Shown here: positions 1 through 12,019 of the stretch, piece after piece
Layout of the letters: each line of letters opens with the position of its first letter
Numbering within the stretch: position 1 is the stretch's first letter
Source of the DNA: Lingula anatina
Taxonomy: Eukaryota; Animalia; Brachiopoda
Direction of reading: 5' to 3'
DNA: 64,000 bases
Assembly (NCBI GenBank): GCA_051362555.1
Contig: CM120641.1
Span: forward strand, 33,610,401 to 33,674,400
The notes under the pieces: model-generated
The model's input: the letters and a program-made list of their open reading frames with translations, nothing else
What the model was told of the DNA's origin: nothing
Databases searched by the model: none
Position numbers and translations under genes: made by a program

Positions 1-133
1 CCTCAGAAAAAAACATATTTTTTGTTCAAAATGTAAAAATTTTCTGTTAAATGTTAGATACACATTTGACCAATAATTAGACATAAAAAACCAAAATTGA
101 CGATTTTTAGCTATATTTGGGTACATCCGTCCC
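1..133. mobile_element. Possible right end of a TTAA-flanked DNA transposon, cut by the window start
   Basis: Ends ...gtacatccgtccc followed by TTAA (134-137), the end geometry seen in the Kolobok-like elements of this window. The partner end is not visible. Confidence 0.25.
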
Positions 134-532
134 TTAACAGTCAACTGATGTTAGCTAGAGAATGCCCTACTCCACCAGCCATAACCACAGATTCAACAAC
201 TGTGAATTTCTTTTGTTAGCCTGGCACCTATTATTAGGTCACTACTCCTGTAGCTATTGTTACACTAGTAACAGTAACCGCCTATTAGGTGTTATCAGAT
301 GTGTGGTATCCTGGCTAAGTCTTTGTTTATATGAGACAAGCAGCAAATGAGTATACAGCTATCAAGACAGTTTAAATTCAGGAGCATAGTGGAAGGGTAC
401 AGAGTGTAGAAAAATCGGATTGAGGAAGGTATGTATTAGTATGTATTACAGTAATGCATTGGATCATTTGGGCATCTAATCAAATTGAAAATGAGATAAT
501 TAATTGATCTAATTTGTAGTGTACATTGTAAA

Positions 533-536
<4 letters not shown>

Positions 537-576
<40 letters not shown>
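537..576. repeat. (AT)n microsatellite
   Basis: About 20 AT units read directly. Confidence 0.95.
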
Positions 577-578
<2 letters not shown>

Positions 579-1190
579 CATAAACAAGTTATAATTTATA
601 ATGAAGAAACAAGGATACATAATGCAATCATTGTTTAGTCTCTTTATTTCTTATAAAACTGTGATCAATTGTTCATATTTCTTTAAATGCAGTTGAATCT
701 AAAAAAAATGACATTTCATTTAACTTTTGGTTTGTGATTTATTAAAAATTATCTATTTAATGTTATCCACAACTGCCTCCAAGGGACCATCATGATATAT
801 AACTGAGGAAGACCCATGCTAATAAATAACATACAATTAAGTACCAGTCTCTGTAAGAATCAGAAAAATAACATAGGGGCATTGGAACATGACCCTCCCA
901 GATTTTGTTTTCTTTTAATTTATTGTGAAGAACTATGCTAAAAACTAATAAATTGAGCCCGAAAAGTTGCATATTTAAAATAATTTATTTTTTAGAGCGT
1001 TTTATATTTAAGCCTGAAATTTTTCTCCCATATGCTTTTCTATATAAAATGTTCAGGTAACCCCATATTCACTGACAAATAACTCGTATGGCCGACGTAG
1101 TTATGTAAGATGGCTATACAAGATGTTTACAGCATATATTCAGGTACCAAAAAATGAAATAAAATTTTTTTCAAAACACAAAATGGTTAA

Positions 1191-1528
1191 AGTGATAATA
1201 ACTCTTTGTTTCGGCCAAAAAATGAATTTTCCTGGAGTAAACAACAATTTTCCCATACTTACCAATGGTTAATGAATCCATTTTTACATTCAAAGTTAGT
1301 CCCTGGTTTTTTTCTGAAAAGTTTGTTTTTTTGTTAAAATCTCTTAAGAGATTTTAACAGAGTATAGCCATCAATGGAGGTCACGTGGTCTAAAGACAAG
1401 CTCAGATATCAGAATAATAGCTATAACTGCCGTTTTTGTGGTAAAACAGAATATATTATATTTCTATGAGTTATTCACAAATGTTTTTATTGTGAAATAT
1501 AGATCTCATACGAAGAGTTATTATCCCT
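1191..1528. mobile_element. Kolobok-like MITE, family B copy 1
   Basis: TTAA at 1187-1190 and 1529-1532. TIRs agtgataataactctt / gaagagttattatccct. Homologous copies at 19323, 27627 and 45521. TTAA TSD with purine-starting ends is the Kolobok signature. Confidence 0.85.
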
Positions 1529-1533
1529 TTAAA

Positions 1534-4500
1534 CTAGAGGATCAGAGAGGCGATACCGCCTCCAAATATTGTACCACCAGCTGGAGCAAACGCATTCGTA
1601 TAGACCCCCACATACACAAAATAAGGGACACAGCCACCAGTTTTGTGCTTGACAAGCTGTAAAAATGCAATCAACAAGAATTTTTTAACTATTGCAAAAA
1701 ATATATATGGTACAATCAAATTTAAGTTCTTCGTAAGGTAGGTCAAGGCTCAATTTCAAGGTCACAGTAAATTGCCAGTATATGACTTCCTATTCAAGTT
1801 AAAAAGTAACTATGGACCTATCTCTGTCAAGTTTGAAGTTAAAAGAGAAAGAAATTAGCAGAGTTCAGTTCATGATAAAAAGTAGGTCAAAGGTCAATTT
1901 CAAGGTCACACTTAGATTGCCAGTATAGGACTTCCTATTCAACTTCAATAGTAACTATGGACCTATCTCAGCCAGTTTTGGAGATAAAAGGGAAGCAAAA
2001 TTTGCAAAATTCAGTTCATGGTGAAAAGTAGGTCAAAGGTCAATTTCAAGGTCACATTTAGATTGCCAGTATATGACTTTCTATTCAAGTTCAATAGTAA
2101 CTATGGACCTATCTCTGCCAGTTTTGGAGATAAAAGGGAAGCAAAATTTGCAAAGTTCAGTTTATGGTGAAAAGTAGGACAAAGGTCAATTTTAATGTCA
2201 CATTTATAATGCCAGTATATGACTTCCTATTCAAGTTCAATAGTAACTACGGACCTATCTCAGCCAGTTTTGGAGATAAAAAGAAAGCAAAATTTGCAAA
2301 ATTCAGTTCATGGTGTAAAGTAGGTCAAAGGTCAATTTTAAGGTCACATTTAGATTGCCAGTATATGACTTCCTTTTCAAGTTCAATAGTAACTATAGAC
2401 TTATCTCAGCCAGTTTTGGAGATAAAAGGGAAGCAAAATTTGCAAAATTCAGTTCATGGTGTAAAGTAGGTCAAAGGTCAATTTTAAGGTCACATTTAGA
2501 TTGCCAGTATATGACTTCCTTTTCAAGTTCAATAGTAACTATGGACCTATCTCTACCAGTTTTGGAGATAAAAGGGCAGAAAAGTTTGCAAAGTTCAGTT
2601 CATGGTGAAAAGTAGGTCAAAGGTCAATTTCAAGGTCACATTTAGATTGCCAGTATATGACTTCCTATTCAAGTTCAATAGTAACTATGGACCTATCTCT
2701 GCCAGTTTTGGAGATAAAAGGGAAGCAAAATTTGCAAAGTTCAGTTTATGGTGAAAAGTAGGTCAAAGGTCAATTTTAAGGTCACATTTAGATTGCCAGT
2801 ATATGACTTCCTATTCAAGTTCAATAGTAACTACGGACCTATCTCAGCCAGTTTTGGAGATAAAAGGAAAGCAAAATTTGCAAAATTCAGTTCATGGTGA
2901 AAAGTAGGTCAAAGGTCAATTTTAAGGTCACATTTAGATTGCCAGTATATGACTTCCTATTCAAGTTCAATAGTAACTATGGACCTATCTCTGCCAGTTT
3001 TGGAGATAAAAAGGAAGCAAATTTTGCAAAGTTCAGTTTATGGTGAAAAGTAGGTCAAAGGTCAATTTTAAGGTCACATTTAGATTGCCAGTATATGACT
3101 TCCTATTCAATTCAATAGTAACTACGGACCTATCTCAGCCAGTTTTGGAGATAAAAGGAAAGCAAAATTTGCAAATTCAGTTCATGGTGAAAAGTAGGTC
3201 AAAGGTCAATTTTAATGTCACATATAGATTGCCAGTATATGACTTCCTATTCAAGTTCAATAGTAACTAAGGACCTATCTCTGCCAGTTTTGGAGATAAA
3301 AGGAAAGCAAAATTTGCAAAATTCAGTTCATGGTGTAAAGTAGGTCAAAGGTCAATTTTAAGGTCACATTTAGATTGCCAGTATATGACTTCCTATTCAA
3401 GTTCAATAGTAACTATGGACCTATCTCTGCCAGTTTTGGAGATAAAAGGGAAGAAAAATTTGCATTTAGTTCAGTTCATGGTGAAAAGTAGGTCAAAGGT
3501 CAATTTCAAGGTCATAGTAAGATTGCCAGTATATGACTTCCTATTCAACTTCAATAGTAACTATGGACCTATCTCTGCCAGTTTTGGAGATATAAGGGAC
3601 TACATGTTATAATTTTGGAGTTACCATAATGTGCCTTAAATTTCGTACAGAAAAAATTAATTAAAATAAAGAAAATGTCACTTTGGTCAAAATTCTTGAA
3701 ATAGGAGGTGCTCTGAAGTTTTAGAAGTTCAAATTTGATGAAATAATGTCATTTTTGAACACAAGTTGTCTGCTTTGCCAAGCCTTATGTTTTATTTTTC
3801 CAGAGTTCAAAATTTATTATTCATTACCGTACTGCACATTTTGCTTTTACCACCAATATGTACTTTTTGATACAGCGTAACTCGAAAACCGTATGGAATA
3901 CAAAAAAACCAAGACCACTTTCAGTGTTGGGCTTTACATGCTCTACAAAATGCAAAAAAGAATGGGTCTCTAGCATTAACGGTTCCCAAATTAGAGACAG
4001 TTTTCAGTTTCGGTATCTTATGGCCGCTACTCCCTAGAAAATGCACCGATTGACCCCAAATTCATAGAGATGAAAGATGACCTGAAGGGTAACACTTTCC
4101 AATAATATTATTGGTTAAGTCTGTGTGGTGTCTGAATAACAGGGCAAAAAAAATTTTTTTCGTAAAAAATTTCATTTTTTTGAAAATTTTGGCCCATTTG
4201 ACCTTGAAGTAGAGGTCAAAGGTCAAATCCAAGGGTATATTTGAAATCTACACATATGACTTTTGGAAAGTCGTCTATAGAAAATTTTCCCATAACTCCT
4301 TCCGTAGGGTAGATAATTAGCATTTAATTTTGCCATTTTTAGACAAGGGTGCATTGCAATGAGTGCCACACCCAGACCCCAATACCGACAAAGCCCAAAT
4401 TTTACGTGGAACGAGTTGAGATTATAGGTGACCTAAATCTATGAGATGGGTACGGGGGCCCTTACCGTCTAGGAGGAGAAGCGGTAACGGTAGCCGTCCG

Positions 4501-4583
4501 GCGGAGCCGGCGGAGCCGGCAGAACGATCCGGACGGGACCGAAACCATGTGTACCGCCAGCGCTAACGCTGGTGGTACAATTA
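1534..4583 (-). mobile_element. Non-autonomous Helentron/HINE-like element, family A copy 1
   Basis: Left end: CTAG (1534-1537), hairpin gaggcg-atac-cgcctc, subTIR attgtaccaccagc (1568-1581). Right end: hairpin gtaccgccagcg-ctaa-cgctggtggtac containing the inverted subTIR (4568-4581). Central tandem array, no TSD. Near-identical ends at 33114-35525. Confidence 0.85.
1735..3600 (+). repeat. 146-bp tandem array inside family A (about 13 units)
   Basis: The ggtcaaaggtca motif recurs at 2031, 2177 (variant), 2323, 2469 and onward, giving a period of 146 bp. Each unit carries AGGTCA-A-AGGTCA-N6-AGGTCA. Confidence 0.95.
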
Positions 4584-4589
4584 CATTAA

Positions 4590-5020
4590 AAACAATCAAC
4601 GCTAAAACTACGCGAAAAAGACCATCTGCGCATGCGCAGTAGCGGTGACTGCTAAACTACGAACTCATTCAGATGTAAATAAATTGAATTAAGGTTATTT
4701 ATCTCATGAAATGGATATTTTTTGGATAAATGGCACTTGTTTTCTGGATCATTTATTGCTTGAATTGTTTTTATGCTGACTGGTGTGTAGTATTTGTTTC
4801 CGCACATCGTTTTTTTTTATATACAACATAACTAATTTTATCCAAGATGGCGGGAGCTCTGATTGCCGTCGGTTTCGTATGTGGAAGGAGAATGCACACA
4901 GTTATTTATTTACGGCATGATATGCAATTTTTCATAAATTACCCACAAGAAAGGACTGGTAGAACTTTATGGTCGTAAATAATCGGCACTACTAACTACG
5001 GATATCAAGAAAACTACCAG
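4590..5020 (+). promoter_or_regulatory. Housekeeping-type promoter / first-exon-like segment
   Basis: NRF1-type palindrome TGCGCATGCGCA (4627-4638). YY1-type CAAGATGGCGG (4843-4853) overlaps an ATG that opens 43 codons (MAGALIAVGFVCGRR...). Donor-like CCAG|GTACAT at 5020/5021. Locally CpG-richer. Could be TE-borne. Confidence 0.4.
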
Positions 5021-5320
5021 GTACATGTACCACTGTGAAAACCTCGTCTTCTCCCTCACGTGCAGTTGCCGTTAATATCCGATATAATCGACAAATAAGT
5101 AAAGCACTGTCAGTTACTATACTCTAAATTACAGTCAGTGTTAACTTTGATACAGGTTTTCTAATAAAGTTTTGATGTTCAACGTGAGTTTGTTTTTTAC
5201 GGCTATTTACTGCTTGAGTATGGTCTACCTCCAATTTAAAACAGCGCCCTGTAAGGCCCGTCGTGCCCTCTCAGGTACTTGAATGAAGTCGATAACAGAA
5301 CAGATTGCTTGAATACTTAA

Positions 5321-7777
5321 AGGACAATGTTCATGTAAAAATCCATTTCTCGAAATTTGAAGATACAGCACTCAATCTATACACTAGAGGTATGTTTTAA
5401 TCGATCCCCGCCATTTAAAAATTATAAAAACAATCTATTAGTAGAAAAAAAAGCGTTTTAGTAAACCTCACCTCAATATGCAAAAATGAAGCAACAGATC
5501 TGGGTCACGTGGTACTGTGACGACAATCACGATAAAGGTCTATGAGACTCAACTGAGCTGCATGGTGCATACTGTACAGACGGAGAAGTTAAGGAAAGTT
5601 GTGTTGAACGGAGTTGAGGAATTTTCGTTATGCCTCGGTGTGTTGCCGTGGGATTCAGCAAAATTGCAGCTCTCGTTGACAATCTTTCTTTGTCTGTGAC
5701 GGTCTTCCGTGACTTACTTACTAACTTCGGTGACAATAGTTGCGATGCTCTAGATCATGGTCACCTCAGGTGGTTTAGATCATATCAAGAGCTGGTAGTC
5801 TTTCAGATTAACTGTCATCAGTTGGCAAACTTACTGATTGCTGATGCATTTCAAATGCATTGTAGTTGACCAAAAGCTCGTTTACAACAAACCTGCAATT
5901 CCCAAGCCAGCTAGGTAATAACAGGTATGAAACTCGTCTTGGTGGGCTTTCATATTTTTCAATATATCTCATTTATTTCATGGGGTTATTTTATTGGTAT
6001 TTGTAAATGACGTTAAATATCAATACTTAAACAATTAAGTTCAAACACGGTCGCGAACATTAATAAAAGAAATTGCTCTCAGGGTATCTTGAAGCTTCCG
6101 TGGAAGAAAACGTGTTGAGGAAAAACAGGAAAAAGAGCGTTATATTAAAGAAAAAATGGGAACTGCTATAATAAAATGGTTCGTTATCCTAATTCGTTTA
6201 TGCTTTGAGGATTTGTTTCTGAAGATTATTTCATCTGAAATATTAAATAATTTAAAAGATTGATCATTTTATAACTTGAAACGCAAATTCTGCGTCAGTA
6301 CGCAATTTTTTTTTTGCAAATTTGTAAGCTTATAACACCGTGCTATAAAGATCTACTCAAGAAAAAAATTTGCTTGGGTAAAATTGAGTACGGAATGAAC
6401 TGGAGACACTTGGCTTGTCATTAAGTTTACACGAAAATATGTCAGGTAACTTTATACTGTCTTTGAAAGAGTAAAGATTGAAAGATAATTTTAGACAAAC
6501 TTTGACGGGGGAAATACCTACAAAGAGTAATGGGCTATTTCGCCAACATCTTGTTGAAAATTTTACACTGCAATTCTATTCAAATAAGCTAAGGAACTAA
6601 TTGCCAAATTAATACTTTCATCACATAACAGGGGGGTAACCAGACCTGCAAAAATTGTACGCACATATTTAAAAAGATTACAAGCACATACAGCAAAATG
6701 TAGACTTACGCAAAACATGAACGACAGCGTATATAATCACAGCAAATGTACCTCATATAGTAGCTTAATTTCCATTAATAATAAAATCATCATTTAAGTC
6801 AAAAATATTCTTGCGATTTAATAACTATTTTAATTTACCCAGAACGGTATATTTATTTTAAAGGCGGTTAACTGAAATATAGTTTTATGATTTGTTTGTG
6901 AAAATTGCCCATGTCACCCTGTTAGTTTGGAGGTCTAAGCTGGATCAAGTCCGTGTTAAAATTCCTATGAAGTTGTGCAGGAAAAATTATTCCTTTCTTT
7001 CTCTAGCTCCTCGATAAACCTGGTGTTCAGATTTTATCTAGTACCCCCAGGTCTACGGGAGCTGCGCTTTGTAACTAACACACAGGTAGATTTTTACCTG
7101 AGATAACTGGAGTAAAGCTTAGATAGAGAGTGCGTTCGATACAAGCAAGACAAATTGAATGCCATTCAACCCTCTAATTAAGAGGTAAAGGAAGTTCCAG
7201 TTAGATGGATGATTAAGATAGGACTTGTCAAGGTAACGGGGATTGTTTACCTCAGTTTAATAAAAGTATGCAAGACGGAGTGTCAGCGGTTTAATAAAAT
7301 AAATTAAATTTCACAAACAACATGGACCTCATATGCAATAATCAACATTTCCCTTAACTCATTCAAATGCAGTGTTTTATACAACTTGGGATAACCATAA
7401 TGAAATGCTTGTTAAAGAAATAACTAGACGGGAAATGGTTTTACACAGCTTCACGAGGATTTAGACCCCTCGGGTAAGAGATTTGAATGAGTATAAACTT
7501 TTATCAGAAGCCAGAGAAGTCATCTTACAGGTAGACAATGCAGCTCAGTTTGACAGCTAAGCACGCTCTGTTCTCCAGTGGCTCAATTGTCGTCATTGGA
7601 CCACGTGACCACGTAGCTCATTAACTCCCAGGCCGAGCAAATAGGACGTTTTTTAAAGCCAAAAATTTACAAAATGAGCTTTTAATTTGTGTATTTGGAT
7701 TAAGATATCGTTAGTTGGGCATGTTTTCTGAAGAATATGTTCCGTCCAGGCCATTCTGAAGGCATGAAGCAAACCCT
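5321..7777 (+). mobile_element. Kolobok-like non-autonomous element, family F copy 1 (~2.46 kb)
   Basis: TTAA at 5317-5320 and 7778-7781. Imperfect TIRs (aggacaatgttcatg vs agggtttgcttcatg). Inverted subterminal motif ggtcacgtggt-N4-tgacgacaat at ~5503-5527 and ~7586-7610. Inverted copies at 60916 and 62757. Confidence 0.75.
5630..5665 (+). pseudogene. THAP-domain-like N-terminus remnant in family F
   Basis: MPRCVAVGFSK resembles the THAP start M-x-x-C-x-(A/V)-x-G-C-x-N found in many Kolobok transposases. The second Cys is lost and the downstream THAP motifs are absent. Confidence 0.4.
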
Positions 7778-7897
7778 TTAATATATACAGTAGAAATTGG
7801 TACTCATACAAGTTGAAGAGACTTCTAGTTCTTCACAACCAGGATTCTAAATAAAAAAAAATTGTAAAATAAAATAGACATGTAAAAGATATCTGTC

Positions 7898-8450
7898 AAT
7901 AATAATAATAATATTCTTAGATGGTGCCTTACGTGCTACCTCAAGGCACCTTACAATAATATAACTAAAATCATAAAAAAATCACTACAATATTTAATTC
8001 TGAAACAATTGGAAACCATTTAAAATTAACACTACTAAAAACATTATATATATATATACCTAAGAGATATAGACAGATTTAAAAATGTGAGTTTTAAGAA
8101 GGGATTTAAAACTGTCAAAGTCGTCTGCTTTTCTAATAAAATTTGGTAAGGCGATCCATAATTTGGAGGCATAGATTATAAAAGCCCGATCTCCATAACT
8201 TTTGAGGCACCCCTTCTCTAAAATAGACTGTTCTAAAATAAGGTCATTCTCAGTATTAAAATGTGTGGACCACCTTGGTCAGTTAAAACAGATAGGATCA
8301 GATAAATATAATGGTCCTTGTGTATGTATCGCCTTAAAAATAATACAAATACAAGCAGCCAGTTTTATCCTTTCAGAATGGGAGTGATATGGTCTGTGCT
8401 ATTGCACTTTATTTGACAAACCAGTCTTGCAGCTCAGTTTTTCTCGGAAA
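7898..8450 (-). mobile_element. L2/CR1-group LINE, 3' fragment
   Basis: Minus strand reads AARLV...DHITPILK...FKAIHTQGPLYLSD...KSYGDRAFIIYASKLWIALPNFIRKADDFDSFKSLLKTHIF, the typical L2 ORF2 C-terminus. It ends in a (TAT)n tail at 7898-7915. Confidence 0.85.
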
Positions 8451-8558
8451 GATATAGCAGTACATTAGATTTTCAGTCACAAAAAATACTAAATGAGAAA
8501 ACAAGTTAGCATTACTGTATAAGCCTTGATAATCATGGTATTTGTATTAAAGACTCAC

Positions 8559-8930
8559 CTAATCAAGTCCTGCTTAGAATAATGCTCCCACAGTTTTGAT
8601 ATCATAAAGTCTGTGTTATCCATAAATTTTTCTCATATTTCTTTACTGAAAACTAGCAGGTGACCTAACTTTACTCTTTACATTAAAAATTGTAAATAGT
8701 AACTTAAATAGGGGAAATTATCATAATGATACTTTCTACCTGATTGTAACATGCCAAATTAGTCCTCAGTGCTGAGGCAGATGTTGGACTCGTCAAAATG
8801 TATGATCATGCATGATTCTCGGGACAAAATGCATCAAATACTATCATGTTGAGGCACCCTTAACATTGATAACTGCTTTGCTTTGATATCACAACTTCTA
8901 ACAGTGTAGCTGGTTACCAATGGACTTTAC
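8559..8930 (-). pseudogene. Two putative decayed exons (8740-8930 and 8559-8645)
   Basis: Both have AG/GT borders; the second has strong ttttcag and gtgagt sites. The phases are compatible (0-2, then 2-2). The second reads KEI*EKFMDNTDFMISKLWEHYSKQDLI with a single TGA; the first has several stops. Family not recognised. Confidence 0.3.
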
Positions 8931-9208
8931 CTACAAACATATTCTTACAAATAAGTTGTATACCAAAAGAAAATTAGCAAAATTAATAAATTATGAACAT
9001 CTTAGGGCAAGGAGCATGAGGGAAAATATATTATATTGGTATTTTAAGTTTGTGACAAAAATGCTGAACACCATAATAAACATTCATATAATTTACTACT
9101 ATGTAGAGAAGATGCCTCATTTTCTTTCAAATAAGAAAGACTAAAAACATGTTTTAATTCACTGTGACTTGTTTAAAATATATTCATATACAATTAAAAG
9201 AATCAAAT

Positions 9209-11736
9209 AACAAGGCAGCAAAGCTGTCAAATGTACAGACAAAATAACAGAAAAAAGGATGCAAAAGAGGTCATTTTGCCAATTTTGATGCAATAATAAA
9301 CAAGCCCGTGGAACTTCGAAGTCACACTTTGAAAATGCCAATATGTGAAACCGTTTAACTGGCAGTAAGAATTACCAAACAGACTGCATTGCCTACTGAA
9401 GCTGTATTTTAGTCCCATGTTTCTTTCCTGTAAGTTTGAGAACAGTAAGTGACATGGTTTTTCTTAAATGGTCATCATGGGAGCAGTGCCCAAAATAGTT
9501 TTTTTTTTTAATTTTGATGCAATATTACATAATGTTTAACAGCATAATGACCATCAATTTTAATAATAAAATATTAGTATCATGGATATTCAGAAAATGT
9601 GACTAGCAAAGGTCTTCAGGCCCATGGAACTTCAAAGTCACAACTTGAAAATGCCAAAATGTAAACAAAGACAGCACTGTTCTGAAATGTTTTTTTTTTT
9701 TTTTCATTTTTAACAATTTTTTAACATAAAACAAAATAAACAGTTTACTGCAATTTTTATATGATCAACTAAGAAAATTGATGAGATGGGAAAAATATCA
9801 ATAGAATAGTGTTAAATGTCCAATTTCCTCCATTCTGAGATTCTGAACAAAGTGAATGATTGAATCTCACAAACTGCAATGATATGAGTTTATTTCCATT
9901 TTTGACACTTTATTACACAATACACGATAACAAGTTTATCATCATTTTTACATAATCAACTTACAATGTTGTAAAGATGCAGGAAATGTCAAACAAACAC
10001 TTTTATGTATCTTATTAGTAAAACAATAAGACTGTTAACATGCCTAAGAATTTAATCTGAGGAAATGTGAAAAAACAGCATAACTTCTAAAATAATGGCC
10101 CGATTATGCTGATTTTGAACTCAACCTGCGTTTTAGTAAGATTGACCACTCCTGTGAGTTTAATGACAATTGGCCTATCTGTTTTTCTTATATTGTGTTT
10201 ACAGTGTTGCATATATGCTGAAAAATGAAAAAACAGCATAACTACTAAAATAGTGGCCCGATCATGCCGATTTTCGAACTTGACCTGCGTTTTAGTAAGA
10301 TAGGCTCTGTTCTCACAACTTTTAGATCGATCTATCACCGCGGGGAGTCTCACTAGATTACTGTCAGATAATCCCCCTTAAGTGTCCGTCCCCGCCTACT
10401 ACAAGCTTTAAGGGGTAATTAACTTTCGTGTCCGCCCGGCTGACAGCTATTTAGCGTGAACCCCCAGGGAGTTAGGTCGATCCAATGTAGGTCGATCTAA
10501 TCTATGAGAATGGGGTGATAGATTACTCCTGTGAGTTTCATGACAACAGGCCTATCGGTTTTCCTTGAATTGTGTTTACAGTGTTGCATATATGCTGAAA
10601 AGTGAAAAAAAAGCATAACTTCTACAATAATGGCCCGATCATGCTGATTTTCGAACTTGACCTGCGTTTTATGAATATTCATCAGCTCTGTAAATATAAA
10701 GCCCAAAAGTAAAACTGCCTTCCACTTATCGTGTTTACAATGAATGTGCACGGCATCGGCGACGGCAATGACGGCGACGACAGACGCAGGTGATGGCAAT
10801 ATGTACAGACACATCTATATATATATTTACTGTACTGTTTGAGAACAGTAAGTGACATGGTTTTTCTTAAATGGTCATCATGGGAGCAGTGCCCAAAATA
10901 GGTTTTTTTCAAATTTTGATGCAATATTACATAATGTTTAACAGCATAATGACCATCAATTTTTAATAATAAAATATTAGTATCATGGATATTCAGAAAA
11001 TGTGACTAGCAAAGGTCTTCAGGCCCATGGAACTTCAAAGTCACACCTTGATAATGCCAAAATGTAAACAAGACAGCACTGTTCTGAAATGTTTTTTTTT
11101 TTTTCATTTTTAACAATTTTTAACATAAAACAAAATTAACAGTTTACTGCCATTTTTATATGATCAACTAAGAAAATTGATGAGATGGGAAAAATATCAA
11201 TAAAGCAGTGTTAAATGTCCAATTTCTTCCATTCTGAGATTCTGAACATAGTGAATGATTGAATCTGACAAACTGCAATGATATGAGTTTATTTCCATTT
11301 TTGACACTTTATTACACAATACACGATAACAAGTTTACCATCATTTTTACAAAATCAACTAACAATGTTGTAAAGATGCAGGAAATGTCAAACAAAAACT
11401 TTTACGTATCTTATTAGTTTAATAATGAGACTGTTAACATGCCTAAGAATTGAATCTGAGGAAATGTGAAAAATATGCTGAAAAGTGAAAAAACAGCATA
11501 ACTTCTACAATAATGGCCCGATCATGCTGATTTTCGAACTTGACCTGCGTTTTATGAATATTCATCAGCTCTGTAAATATAAAGCCAAAAAGTAAAACTG
11601 CCTTCCACTTATCGTGTTTACAAGGAAAGTGCACGGCGACGGCATCGGCATCGCCATCGGCATCGGCATCGGCATCGGCGACGACAGACGCAGGTGATGG
11701 CAATATGTACAGACACATCTGTGTCTGTACATAAAA
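9209..11736 (-). mobile_element. Helentron/HINE-like element, family C
   Basis: Left end aacaag + hairpin ggcagc-aaa-gctgtc + subTIR atgtacagaca. Right end (ggcgac/ggcatc)n microsatellite + hairpin tgtacagacac-atct-gtgtctgtaca + A-run. Internal partial duplication with a truncated end at ~10800-10818. No TSD. Confidence 0.8.
10303..10517 (+). mobile_element. PIF/Harbinger-like MITE, family E copy 1 (nested in C)
   Basis: Interrupts the C unit tttagtaag/gattactcc with a short duplication (ATA or TAG). Ends ggctctgttctca...tgagaatggggtg. Homologous to 26296-26550. Confidence 0.75.
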
Positions 11737-12019
11737 ATGTTAACTAATCTGGGGTGGGCACTGCTAAATCCACGCAGATTATAGATAGTAGTTTATGAAT
11801 AAGGGAATTTTTTTCCTGGACAGTGGTAGAAAGTCCACAAGAGATTGAAACTGAAGCTGAGACTGGTAGGAGATATTTCTCAACTATTGGATGTCAACCA
11901 AAAGAATACCACCACATTGCTGTTATTGTATGACCTTGAAAGATTAACACCCATTGTCCCATTGTGAAAATTCATCATTTTAAAGTTTTTTTAAAGATCA
12001 CAAAAATATTTACCTGTGT

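Noticed and set aside
162-430. Stalk-plus-hydrophobic-segment exon on the plus strand
   Set aside because: Needs frameshifts and has several stops, with no clear acceptor and no recognisable family.
1735-3600. Regular array as a CRISPR locus
   Set aside because: The units are homologous along their whole length, there are no unique spacers and no cas genes, and the context is eukaryotic.
2164-3612. ORFs MVKSR.../MPVYD... as a repeat protein
   Set aside because: The 146-bp period is not a multiple of 3, so the frames shift in every unit. These are translation artefacts.
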